A DNA stretch of 64,000 nt from a virus (taxonomy: Duplodnaviria > Caudoviricetes), in IMG/VR virus record IMGVR_UViG_3300027763_002462, positions 1-64,000 of that record; one strand, written 5' to 3'. Of the stretch, positions 47,822 to 57,115 are shown one piece after another. The stretch's first letter is position 1. The number at the start of each line of letters is the position of its first letter. Below the pieces are notes generated by a model. It saw nothing but the letters and a program-made list of their open reading frames with translations, made no database searches and was not told the DNA's origin. A program made the position numbers and the translations under genes.

Positions 47822-47990
47822 TATTGTCTTCAATCCATTTATCTAATAAATACTTTCTCATAAAGAGTGGCATAATTAGAAAATCTTGATACGATATGTT
47901 TAATAGTGTCGATAAATAGTAATACTCATCGAGCTGACTTTTCCTATAATCAGAAGAAAGGACGAAAAAAGTCCACCCCAAAACCGACAT
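47811..47990 (-). CDS. gp51-like small baseplate/tail assembly protein (59 aa, absent from the ORF track), possibly a frameshift extension of the upstream gene
   Basis: MSVLGWTFFVLSSDYRKSQLDEYYYLSTLLNISYQDFLIMPLFMRKYLLDKWIEDNKKD. The MP...R.Y.L motif resembles gp51-type proteins. It overlaps the upstream gene by 41 nt in the +1 frame. Confidence 0.7.
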   Translation of the reverse strand: MSVLGWTFFVLSSDYRKSQLDEYYYLSTLLNISYQDFLIMPLFMRKYLLDKWIEDNKKD

Positions 47991-48693
47991 TAACTGTCAA
48001 TCTATCTCCTGATGGGGTCATTACTACTCTTGTCATATCCAATCTTGGCTCATTCTCACTCATAAAGTTTCTTATGAATTTTGAATCAGCAATTGGCATC
48101 TGCTCTATAAATTTGGCGATTTCGCCTTTATCGGTTGAACCGTTTGCTTCAACAATTTCTTTTTGAAGTCTTAATGTAATCTTTGGGGCCACTCTACCTA
48201 CAGGGTATGAATCAGCAATTCTTTGGTTTTCTAAAATTTCACCATAAGTCATTGGTTTTAACTTAACCGTTGTTTGTGATTTTGGTAAAGTTGTAATAAA
48301 CGTACCATCTTCATTTGGTGTTTGTCCTTGTAAAATTGATAATTGTTCTAATGATACAGTTGTCTTAAATGATTTTCTTGTTGTTGGGTCAGTTAATGTA
48401 ACTTCCATTTCAGGACCAAACGCCGTGTTTCTTAAAAAGATTAAGATAGCTTCAACATCACCTTCTAACATCTCCTCAACTCGTAAGTCTGGTTCGTAAA
48501 TTTTAGTTCTTAAAAGATTTGGTGTCATATCTTCACCACCAGCCATTAGTAAGTTTTCATCATTGGCAGTTAAATAACCGACTTTGACTGATTTCTTTTT
48601 GTTTTTGTAGAATATACCTTGAGATGGTAATGGCACCACGTCATGAGGAAGGGAGAAATTTGCCTGTCCGTATTCTTTTGATTGATTATCCAT
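47950..48693 (-). CDS. Baseplate hub assembly / tail chaperone (gp26-like)
   Basis: VPLPSQG.FY, YLTANDENLL, GDVEAILIFLR..AFG, TLPKS...VKLKPMT motifs and C-terminal VDFFRPFF. Confidence 0.75.
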   Translation of the reverse strand: MDNQSKEYGQANFSLPHDVVPLPSQGIFYKNKKKSVKVGYLTANDENLLMAGGEDMTPNLLRTKIYEPDLRVEEMLEGDVEAILIFLRNTAFGPEMEVTLTDPTTRKSFKTTVSLEQLSILQGQTPNEDGTFITTLPKSQTTVKLKPMTYGEILENQRIADSYPVGRVAPKITLRLQKEIVEANGSTDKGEIAKFIEQMPIADSKFIRNFMSENEPRLDMTRVVMTPSGDRLTVNVGFGVDFFRPFF

Positions 48694-48695
48694 AT

Positions 48696-48733
48696 AAAAA
48701 ATTAACCGTAAAGTTTATGTGCTTTACGGTTAA
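48696..48733 (-). terminator. Probable terminator/attenuator after the tail tube gene
   Basis: 12-bp stem ttaaccgtaaag / ctttacggttaa followed by a T run just before the next ATG. Confidence 0.65.
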
Positions 48734-48765
48734 ATATAATAGTTCTAAATTTTTTATAAATAGTA

Positions 48766-49254
48766 TTAGTAAACTAACACACATCTATCCATTCTTAAAG
48801 TTGCTGCGATTGTCGCTAAAGCATCTGTATTGTAGGCCAATGCGTTGAAGTTAACATCTGTCAAGAATGTTCCATAAAGAATCCATTTCTCAACAACAAC
48901 TCCTGTTGGGTCCAACATCTCAAGGTCAATATCTTTCTTATAACCTGCAGCGTATCCCATACGGCCTGTTACTGATTCCGCATGTAAACGTACCCACTCC
49001 ATAAGAGCTTGTGACGCAGATGGGCCAATTGGGTCTCTAAAGACTACGTTAATTGTTTGCCAGTTGAATCTACCTGCAACATAAGTTGAGGTGTTCAAAA
49101 ACGGAATTTCCGTTGCTGCGATTGTGATATGCGGTCTAGATGCAGATTCTACAAACCACTCATTAATTCCTAAACTCGATGGAAACCTTAAAATGAATCG
49201 GTTTTGACGTTTCGGTTCATAAGGAATCGGCATTTTCATCAGTAAATCAGCCAT
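48766..49254 (-). CDS. Tail tube protein (gp19-like)
   Basis: EPKRQNRF, YVAGR..WQTI.V.FRDPI, ALMEWVRL, YKKDI.LEMLDP.G.VVEKW.L.G.F motifs. Confidence 0.9.
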   Translation of the reverse strand: MADLLMKMPIPYEPKRQNRFILRFPSSLGINEWFVESASRPHITIAATEIPFLNTSTYVAGRFNWQTINVVFRDPIGPSASQALMEWVRLHAESVTGRMGYAAGYKKDIDLEMLDPTGVVVEKWILYGTFLTDVNFNALAYNTDALATIAATLRMDRCVLVY

Positions 49255-49349
49255 ATTATTTAAATTTTGTTTCTATGTTTATAACGATAAATATATCCTG
49301 TTTCAAAAATTTTTCTATTTACTTAAATTTTTAAAAATTGTATTCTTAA

Positions 49350-50177
49350 CTAGACTTCTTTTTTAATGCCTCCAGTTGTAGAATATGTTCTTACTATATT
49401 ATCTGGTTTATCTTTAAAATGTTTTTTCATTACTTCTATATTCTTTGGGTCATCGTCTGAAAAGCCTATAGATGGTTCTTTAGGAATAAAGTTATTATTA
49501 ACATCATTCTTTAAAAAAGCCTTTTTGTTTAATACTGCAGCCATTCCTTTAATATAACTTACAAAATCATCCATTGCACGGACCTTCGCCTCTTCAGGAT
49601 TTTGGGCTCCTTTTTCATCACCAAAAGAAACGGGGTGGTACTTATTAAGTTCTAAATATGACTTGATTAGTTCATCATCACTCATTTCATCCTCATCAGT
49701 AAACGACCTATATTTTTTAAGATTTTTAAGAAGTTCTTCTTTATTTATCCCATTATAATCATTTATGATGTAGTTATAAACGGCTTGCTTTAAAGTATTT
49801 GGATTATGTCCTCTTGCAGTAATAATTGAAAATATTGAACCATTATTAATTGCTTCTCTAAAATCATCAAATGCTGGTCCTTCTTTGGCTCTCATTGAGT
49901 CGATTAAAAAATCTTTGTCTCCCTCAGTTCTAAAGTTTCTAAATGGGTCGTTAGCAAAACCAACAATTTTCTCACCTTTATATTCAAAAGGTTCCTTACC
50001 TAAATGGTGTCTATGTTCCGCAAAGTCATCAGTTGACATACCTACTTCATCACCGTCTTCTGTTTTAACAATGATTTTTGTTGGCATGTGTACAATATTA
50101 TCGTCCCAATCAAATGCATAATATTTCATGTCTGGTGAACCCTTATCCTTAAACCCCTCTATTAATTTTTCTCTCAT
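49350..50177 (-). CDS. HAD-superfamily phosphatase-like protein
   Basis: Motif I FDWDDNI, motif II ITARG, a Lys in EAKVRA, motif IV FSDDD..N. Confidence 0.65.
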   Translation of the reverse strand: MREKLIEGFKDKGSPDMKYYAFDWDDNIVHMPTKIIVKTEDGDEVGMSTDDFAEHRHHLGKEPFEYKGEKIVGFANDPFRNFRTEGDKDFLIDSMRAKEGPAFDDFREAINNGSIFSIITARGHNPNTLKQAVYNYIINDYNGINKEELLKNLKKYRSFTDEDEMSDDELIKSYLELNKYHPVSFGDEKGAQNPEEAKVRAMDDFVSYIKGMAAVLNKKAFLKNDVNNNFIPKEPSIGFSDDDPKNIEVMKKHFKDKPDNIVRTYSTTGGIKKEV

Positions 50178-50186
50178 TTGGCTAAA

Positions 50187-50206
50187 GGGGGGATTTAACT
50201 CCCCCC
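50187..50206 (-). terminator. Probable terminator after the sheath gene
   Basis: gggggga-N6-tcccccc stem followed by ttt on the minus strand. Confidence 0.65.
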
Positions 50207-50216
50207 ATAATTTTTA

Positions 50217-53200
50217 TTAGATATTTTCAAACGAAGCTCCTGTTGGAGTGATGAAGAATTCAATGTCGATGAATTCTAACGCCTTCGTAGGTTTTAAGTA
50301 GATTTTACCTGTTAAAGTGTTTCTATCTAAGTCTTCAGGTGTTGAAGAAACTGTTACACGGAAATCGTATAAACCTCTGTCTCTTCTGATTGAATCTAAA
50401 ATAGGGTTAACACTATCCAAGAATTGTTGTCTAACGATTTGGTCGTTTTGTTCGAACAATAATCTTACCGCTACCGCTGAAATTAATTTACGAGCTTGTA
50501 ATAACAATCTTCTTACGTTCAATCTGTTCAATGCTGAATCAGCTACTTGTAATGTTTTGTTACCCCAAATTACTGTACCAACGTCTGCGAATGTTGCGAT
50601 TGGGTTGATTCTACCTTGATAAAGAGTATCTCTATCTTCTTGAGTCAACTTAACTCTCGCCTTGATTGAATTTACAAGACCTCTTGTGTAACCCGCTGAT
50701 GCGAACCAAGGGAATGCAATGTTATCTGTCAATGCTAAGTTTCTTACAACCTCACCTGTTGGAGGTAAGTAGATTTGTGTATTATTAACAGTATCTCTTA
50801 CTAAAATCCATGGGTAGTAAGTTGCTGTATAGTTTGAGTCAATTCCTGTATTATCTAAGTTGTCAACTGCCTCTTGTGGATAAATAACATCTAAAGAGTT
50901 AGTTCCGTCTGGAGTGTACATTAAGTAGTCAGGAGTTGTTGCGATATAAACAGAGTCAGCTCTTGCGTATTGAACCATTTGAATTGCTTCCTCAACAAGA
51001 TTTGAGTTATTAACATAATCAATACTTGAAGTTGCAAATATGTTAATGTTTGTAGCTTCAGGGTTAGCGAATGTTAATATACCAAGTAAGTAAGCGTAGT
51101 AGTCGGTGTTTGCAAAATCTTGAGTATTGTTTTGTATAACAATTCTCTTGAATAAACCGTCACCTGTTGCTGTTGGGTATCTTGTAGAAGACGAAGCTCC
51201 TGCTAAGTAACCTGTCGCTCCTAATTGGAATCTATCTTGGTTAGTTCTATATTCTCTATAAACATCCCATCCGTCAAATCCACCCGCAAAACATATTGTA
51301 TATTTTCTTGAGTATATAAAGTAGTAAGGGTTTTCTTGAGTTTCAGGGTCAAATCTGAAATCAGCGACTCCACACTCGAAAGCAGTTTCACCACTTGTTT
51401 GGAATGAGTTAGCTATTGTAACTACAGTCGCTCCTGAGTCCATGTGGAATCCTTTACTTAAGTAGTTCCAAGGTTCACCTGCTACAGGTAACGCTGAACT
51501 AACCCAGTTAGGAGGATTTTGTCTACCTTTAAATTGTAAGAATGCATCGTCAATACCAAATTGAGAAGAGAAACCTAAGTAAGCTCTTCTAACAATATCA
51601 CCTGCAGATTCAGTTGCGTTTGTTGTTGAACCAAATGGAGGGTTGAATACAACCTCACCTGGATAATAATATTTAGTTTTGAATTTAGGTACTGGTGAAA
51701 TGTTAGCCGTTGATTCATATTCTCTTTGAGTGTACCCGTAGAATCCACAAGGGATTGCATCTATTGGAGCCTCATCAGCTAATTCAATCATTATATATCT
51801 TGAAATTAAAGCAAATTCACCGTTAGATGAACCAATTTTCTTAGCAACAAAGTTGTTTGAAGCTGGGTCCATATTACAATTTGTGAATTTCTCAATTACA
51901 ACAGGATTAGCGTCTGTATCAAAGAAGTTTCTAACTAATACGTCAAATGTCATATTGTTAAATGATAAGTTTGCAATTGAAACTTTAACTTCTGTGTTAG
52001 CTGCGTCACCATCAGAAATTGAAATGAATTTAAATAATCTATAAACTTTATTACCTCTTAACTCAGATACTAAGAACGGAGTTTCAGGTGATTGATATTT
52101 TTCAACTTTATAAGCGATTGATTGTGTATTTTCGCTTCTTGCATCTTCTAACGCAACTAACTCAGGATTAATACCTTTAATATAACCTTGGTTATATGCA
52201 TAGTTTAAAGAACCTGGATAAATTTCTTCAACATATAATGGAACCTCATTTCTTGATTTTCCAAAATTATCAACACCTAACACTTTAGTTATAAACTTAG
52301 GAGACGCCGCAGATAATGAAGTTTCAAAAGAGAAAGTATCAGAATCTTTAGTAATACCTGAAAGTAAGAATCCTTCATATGGTGAATTTGTAATACCTGA
52401 ATATTGTCCTGTTGCAACTAAATTAACATCAGTTAATCCACTTACTTCGTATATAGGACCGTGTTGACCAAGGTCTGCGTTGTTTGAATATAATGAAATA
52501 CCTCTTGAACGTAAAGTTGCTACAACCATGTTGTTATATTCACTATAAGCAGTACCTGAGAAGTTGAATACATCTCCTTCAATAGTTCCTGTATAAGTTG
52601 CTCCACCGTCAGTTGTTGTTAAAGACGTTACAGTATAATAGAATGAATAACCTGCGTAGTCGTTATTAATATTAGCGTCATTATCAAACGTTGCATAATA
52701 CCAAGGGTCGTTTAAATCTGCACTTAAATCATTAGTATCAAGATTGTTTGAACTTGACCCAAACACATTTAATTGTTTTGAGTATTGACTAACTAATCCC
52801 CAATAAGTTGTTGATGGTACCGCTCCGTAGAATGCAACAGTTGTTGCGGAATACGATGGGTTATCGATTATAAATCCTAAATTAGAATTAAAATCATCTT
52901 GATATGTAGATGTACTACCATCAGATAATCTATATTGTATATTTAGGTTATTTTGAATGTCTGTAGGTAATCCACTTAACATAGTAACAGTACTACCCGA
53001 ACTAGCTCCTGTAAATACAGAAGTAAATGCGGTTCCTCCTGTTGGAGGTATTATACCTATAGTTAATGGGTCGACATTGGCAGTAACTCTAATACTCCAA
53101 GAAGGACCCGCGTCGTATCCCGACAAACCTAATACTCTTGTAACAAACAATTGGTTAGACTGTTGTAAGTATGACTTGGCAATGTATGCCGCTTCATATT

Positions 53201-53429
53201 TTGGGATTTGTGTGTTTACAAATTTTACTGGTTCCGTTCCGCCAAAATAAGCTTGGAACTCGTCGTAGTTAGTTATAAAAACAGGTTCGAATGCAGGGCC
53301 CTTTATTGTTTCCCCTACTAAACCTAAGGTAGTAACACCGACACTCTGTGCTACGAACGAAAGGTCCGTTTCAGATGTGTATACTCCAGGTGATACAAAA
53401 ACTTTTTGATTTGCTTGTGCTGTTGCCAT
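50217..53429 (-). CDS. Contractile tail sheath protein (gp18-like)
   Basis: SPGVYTSETDLS N-terminus; YYPW, PWFASAG..RG, LYQGRINPI, WGNKTLQ, LNVRRLL, IYLKPTKALEFIDIEF motifs. Confidence 0.95.
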   Translation of the reverse strand: MATAQANQKVFVSPGVYTSETDLSFVAQSVGVTTLGLVGETIKGPAFEPVFITNYDEFQAYFGGTEPVKFVNTQIPKYEAAYIAKSYLQQSNQLFVTRVLGLSGYDAGPSWSIRVTANVDPLTIGIIPPTGGTAFTSVFTGASSGSTVTMLSGLPTDIQNNLNIQYRLSDGSTSTYQDDFNSNLGFIIDNPSYSATTVAFYGAVPSTTYWGLVSQYSKQLNVFGSSSNNLDTNDLSADLNDPWYYATFDNDANINNDYAGYSFYYTVTSLTTTDGGATYTGTIEGDVFNFSGTAYSEYNNMVVATLRSRGISLYSNNADLGQHGPIYEVSGLTDVNLVATGQYSGITNSPYEGFLLSGITKDSDTFSFETSLSAASPKFITKVLGVDNFGKSRNEVPLYVEEIYPGSLNYAYNQGYIKGINPELVALEDARSENTQSIAYKVEKYQSPETPFLVSELRGNKVYRLFKFISISDGDAANTEVKVSIANLSFNNMTFDVLVRNFFDTDANPVVIEKFTNCNMDPASNNFVAKKIGSSNGEFALISRYIMIELADEAPIDAIPCGFYGYTQREYESTANISPVPKFKTKYYYPGEVVFNPPFGSTTNATESAGDIVRRAYLGFSSQFGIDDAFLQFKGRQNPPNWVSSALPVAGEPWNYLSKGFHMDSGATVVTIANSFQTSGETAFECGVADFRFDPETQENPYYFIYSRKYTICFAGGFDGWDVYREYRTNQDRFQLGATGYLAGASSSTRYPTATGDGLFKRIVIQNNTQDFANTDYYAYLLGILTFANPEATNINIFATSSIDYVNNSNLVEEAIQMVQYARADSVYIATTPDYLMYTPDGTNSLDVIYPQEAVDNLDNTGIDSNYTATYYPWILVRDTVNNTQIYLPPTGEVVRNLALTDNIAFPWFASAGYTRGLVNSIKARVKLTQEDRDTLYQGRINPIATFADVGTVIWGNKTLQVADSALNRLNVRRLLLQARKLISAVAVRLLFEQNDQIVRQQFLDSVNPILDSIRRDRGLYDFRVTVSSTPEDLDRNTLTGKIYLKPTKALEFIDIEFFITPTGASFENI

Positions 53430-53551
53430 TATTTAATTTAATTCTATTGCAGATTTATTTTAATGATAAATATTCGTTACTACTACAAAAAACTTGACTT
53501 TTGAATATGTATTTGTAAACGGTATGAATAAATTCTGCCTTTTTTCTGCCT

Positions 53552-53719
53552 ATGAAAACTAAGAAGGAAATAAAGAACATTAAAATAGACCCTGAAGTAC
53601 ACGAGATATTAAAAAAGTACTGTGAGAATCGTGGAATGAAGATTTATAAATTTTTAGAAAATTTGATACTTGAGAAGTGTAAAGAAAAAAAAGATATCTA
53701 CGGAGAAAAATTAAACTAA
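53552..53719 (+). CDS. Small ribbon-helix-helix (CopG/Arc-like) DNA-binding protein (55 aa, absent from the ORF track)
   Basis: MKTKKEIKNIKIDPEVHEILKKYCENRGMKIYKFLENLILEKCKEKKDIYGEKLN: beta strand (KNIKID), helix, G turn, helix. Confidence 0.7.
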   Translation: MKTKKEIKNIKIDPEVHEILKKYCENRGMKIYKFLENLILEKCKEKKDIYGEKLN

Positions 53720-54751
53720 GATATTATCAAACTTAATGTTTGCTTCTAAAGAGTCATCTTGTTTAACAACTTGTATTCTTAAAACATCATTAGTTGTTAT
53801 TTGAATCTTCTGAACATCGGTACCATAATAGTCTCCGTTAATATAAACATCATATGATTCAACGTTGATTGAATTAGCCCAAGTTAAATTTGCAGTATAA
53901 GCAACCACATCACTTAATGTATTGTTACCAACAACATAATAAAAGTTAGATAAAAATTCGTCAGGGTTTTTAGGACTTTTATTTCTTCTTTGTTTAAAAC
54001 TTGAAGTATCAATCTCCATAATTTGAGAAACTCTTGCAATTGCAGGTTTAACTTCAAACTCATCTTCATCAATAAGATATCCTAACATTGTGAAGTCATA
54101 TGATTGAACATAATATTTTCTTGAGTCCAAACTCATTTGAGACTCGTCAGAAATATTGTTTAATATGATTGGAACATATTGCCCTTTGATAAAAGTGTAC
54201 GCCTGTCTTGATGAGAATTTTTGCATAACAATTTTATTTAATTCGTTAAGCTCCCTCATTCTATTACAAATAATTTTTACACTGTAGTTAATATCTACAG
54301 GCACTGGCTGTGGTATTGTGTATATGTCCATACCTTGTTCGTTACCATTCCAAGTTGGAACAGATGCATAATAAAATTGTTTTCTATTAGGTATTGTATA
54401 TTGAAGAGCAGGATTAGTTCCAAATTTAACTTCAGGACTTCTTACCACTGTAATGAATGGTGGTGAAGGGTTATAATCTAAATCAACAAATAAAGCAGTC
54501 TCAACATATTGTGTCCAGTTTTGAGTTGTAATAATAATATCAACCATAGGTACCACTTTACCTGCGGTTACAACTTCTAAATCTCCTTTAACAAAATCAA
54601 GCATACCCCTATCCAAGTCGGCATGTAATACTGACTTAGGTAAATAAGTTCCATCTTTGTTGATATATTCCAACAACTGCTCCCTACGAGCAGACAAAGT
54701 TTTTTTAGGAACTAACGGCAATGTTGGTTTAACTTGTTTTGGTAATGGCAT
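53711..54751 (-). CDS. Tail terminator/completion protein (gp15/gp3-like, putative)
   Basis: P.I.V.R and PQPVPVDINYSVKI....M.ELNEL....motifs; located between the neck and sheath genes. Confidence 0.6.
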   Translation of the reverse strand: MPLPKQVKPTLPLVPKKTLSARREQLLEYINKDGTYLPKSVLHADLDRGMLDFVKGDLEVVTAGKVVPMVDIIITTQNWTQYVETALFVDLDYNPSPPFITVVRSPEVKFGTNPALQYTIPNRKQFYYASVPTWNGNEQGMDIYTIPQPVPVDINYSVKIICNRMRELNELNKIVMQKFSSRQAYTFIKGQYVPIILNNISDESQMSLDSRKYYVQSYDFTMLGYLIDEDEFEVKPAIARVSQIMEIDTSSFKQRRNKSPKNPDEFLSNFYYVVGNNTLSDVVAYTANLTWANSINVESYDVYINGDYYGTDVQKIQITTNDVLRIQVVKQDDSLEANIKFDNILV

Positions 54752-54753
54752 TA

Positions 54754-55266
54754 TTAAATTCCTCTAAATTCATTTTCACTAACATAAGTGGCAACAACAC
54801 TTCTATAAAAAGGTTTGTATCCACCGTAAGTGTGTTTATTGTCTGACCTAACATATCCATCATCAGACACTACATAATATCTAACCCTATCTTCAGATTC
54901 ATAATATCCAATATAATCACCTTGAAATATTTCAACTTCCAAATCATCAAGAGTCTTTTGGTAAATAGAGAACTTCATATTACCAGGCTCTTGTAGTTCA
55001 ATTTTTGAATTACCATAGTTTTTACTTGCAGGAGTCATCACCTGAACCAAACCTTGCAATTCAACAGGAGCTAAAAATTGGATTCCATCTTCAAGTACCT
55101 CACCATAAACATCATCTACTTTTGTTTTTTGTCTATCTACTCGATAGAGAACAATAGTAAAGTTCATATCACCAAGCAACCACTCCTCACCCATACCGAT
55201 GTCGAGTGAATAGTCTTCAGCTCCAAAGAACTTACCTAATCTTGTAATTGGGACTAACTTTTGCAT
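54754..55266 (-). CDS. Neck/head-closure protein (gp14-like, putative)
   Basis: VLYRVD...T..DDVYGE...F..PVEL and GDYI motifs. Start moved to the ATG at 55266 (MQKLVP), downstream of the TATTTAT motif. Confidence 0.6.
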   Translation of the reverse strand: MQKLVPITRLGKFFGAEDYSLDIGMGEEWLLGDMNFTIVLYRVDRQKTKVDDVYGEVLEDGIQFLAPVELQGLVQVMTPASKNYGNSKIELQEPGNMKFSIYQKTLDDLEVEIFQGDYIGYYESEDRVRYYVVSDDGYVRSDNKHTYGGYKPFYRSVVATYVSENEFRGI

Positions 55267-55321
55267 ATATTGATAAATACTCAAAGATTAACTATATTTA
55301 AGCCAAATAATTTTCCAATTA

Positions 55322-57073
55322 ATGGACGCTAGTTTAGAATCAAAGGCATTGTCTCTCTTGGAGGTTTATGAAGGAGGAAATAACTACCTTATTGAACTTA
55401 AAAGAAAGTCTCAAATAAATAGGAGGTTTTACCCTACAAGGAGTCAGGCTGAGTATATTATTAATAACCATAACAAACAACCAAAGGTTGCAAAAAAATG
55501 GGTAATACTTGACGCATATTTCGCACAGAAACTTGCTGACGATAAACTTATGACCGAAATACCTGAAAAAATTTGGGTAGAAAAGTTATTGGCAGATAAA
55601 GAAAAAGCGTTTCACATTTGGGGTAAGATAACCGAATCGGAACAACTACATGATTTTTGGTTGCCCAAAGCGGCAATCATAAAAGACAACACGGTTAAAA
55701 ACGTTGTAATAAACTATGAAAAATATTCTCACCGTCCTCCTCTTGAACATCAAAAAGAATCTATTCAAAAATTGGTTGAAAATAAAAAATTCATACTTGC
55801 AGATGATATGGGTCTTGGAAAGACTACTTCTACTATTATAGCGGCATTAGAATCAGGGTCCAAGAAAGTATTAATTATTTGTCCAGCAACTTTAAAAATT
55901 AACTGGAAAAGAGAGATTGAAAACTATTCAGATAAGGCAGTTTATATTGCTGAAGGTAAAAACTTTAGTACGGATGCTGACTTTGTAATAATAAATTATG
56001 ATATTATAAAAAATTTCCATGATACAAAAAAGAAAGGTGAATCGCAAATTCTTGATGCCAATTTTGATTTGGTGGTCGTTGATGAAGCGCACTATATTAA
56101 AAACGCTACAGCCCAAAGAACAAAACTAATTAACGACCTTGTTAAGAAGGTGGACCGACTTTGGTTATTGACGGGTACTCCGATGACCTCTCGACCAATT
56201 GATTACTTCAACTTATTAAGTTTGATTGAATCCCCTGTTGCGAAGAATTGGATGGCGTATGCTATCAGATACTGTCAGGGATACCAATTCAACGTCGGAG
56301 GCAGAAAGGTGTGGAATGTTATGGGGGCGTCTAATCTTGAGGAATTAAGAGACAGAACCGCAGGTCTTACATTAAGAAGACTTAAAGAAAACGTACTTGA
56401 CCTTCCTGACAAAATAATCACACCAGTATATCTTAGATTAAAGTCTAAAATGTATGAGGAGATTATGGGAGAATATTACGATTGGTATGACAAAAATCCA
56501 GAGGAATCAAAATCTCTTACAGTTCAATTCACCAAGTTAACAAAGATACGTCAGGTTATCGCAGATGAAAAAGTTTCACAGACAATAGAACTTGCAGAAA
56601 ACATTGTTGAACAAGGGAAAAAAGTAATTATCTTCTGTAACTTTACAGATTCACTTAATAAAATTTGCGAACATTTTGGTAAATCCGCAGTTAAAATAAA
56701 CGGCTCAATGTCTAAACCTGAAAGACAACACAGTGTAGACAGTTTCCAAGAAAACGATAAAATAAAAATACTTGTCGGTAATATAAAAGCCGCTGGGGTT
56801 GGTATAACTTTAACGGCAGCTGAAGCGGTTATTATGAACGACCTATCATTTTTACCATCCGACCACGCCCAAGCAGAAGACCGAGCTTATAGATACGGTC
56901 AAAAAAACAATGTATTAGTTTATTACCCCATATTCGAAAACACAATCGAAGGAATTATCTACGACATATTAAACAATAAAAAACAAGTGATTGCCACAGT
57001 TATGGGGGACAATCAAAATACGGCCGATGCTGCCGAAGAAATTTTGAAGAGAATTAATGAAATGCGTCGTTAA
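55322..57073 (+). CDS. SNF2-family (SWI2/SNF2, HARP-like) helicase/ATPase
   Basis: LADDMGLGKT, DEAH, LTGTP, GVGITLT and QAEDRAYRYGQ motifs. Confidence 0.92.
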   Translation: MDASLESKALSLLEVYEGGNNYLIELKRKSQINRRFYPTRSQAEYIINNHNKQPKVAKKWVILDAYFAQKLADDKLMTEIPEKIWVEKLLADKEKAFHIWGKITESEQLHDFWLPKAAIIKDNTVKNVVINYEKYSHRPPLEHQKESIQKLVENKKFILADDMGLGKTTSTIIAALESGSKKVLIICPATLKINWKREIENYSDKAVYIAEGKNFSTDADFVIINYDIIKNFHDTKKKGESQILDANFDLVVVDEAHYIKNATAQRTKLINDLVKKVDRLWLLTGTPMTSRPIDYFNLLSLIESPVAKNWMAYAIRYCQGYQFNVGGRKVWNVMGASNLEELRDRTAGLTLRRLKENVLDLPDKIITPVYLRLKSKMYEEIMGEYYDWYDKNPEESKSLTVQFTKLTKIRQVIADEKVSQTIELAENIVEQGKKVIIFCNFTDSLNKICEHFGKSAVKINGSMSKPERQHSVDSFQENDKIKILVGNIKAAGVGITLTAAEAVIMNDLSFLPSDHAQAEDRAYRYGQKNNVLVYYPIFENTIEGIIYDILNNKKQVIATVMGDNQNTADAAEEILKRINEMRR

Positions 57074-57115
57074 AGAAAATCTGGATTATTTATATGAAAT
57101 GGATAATCCAAAAAT

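Noticed and set aside
20167-54751. Extracellular contractile injection system or tailocin
   Set aside because: Neck genes and a full replication set (polymerase, helicase, SSB, RNR) are interleaved, which indicates a phage genome.
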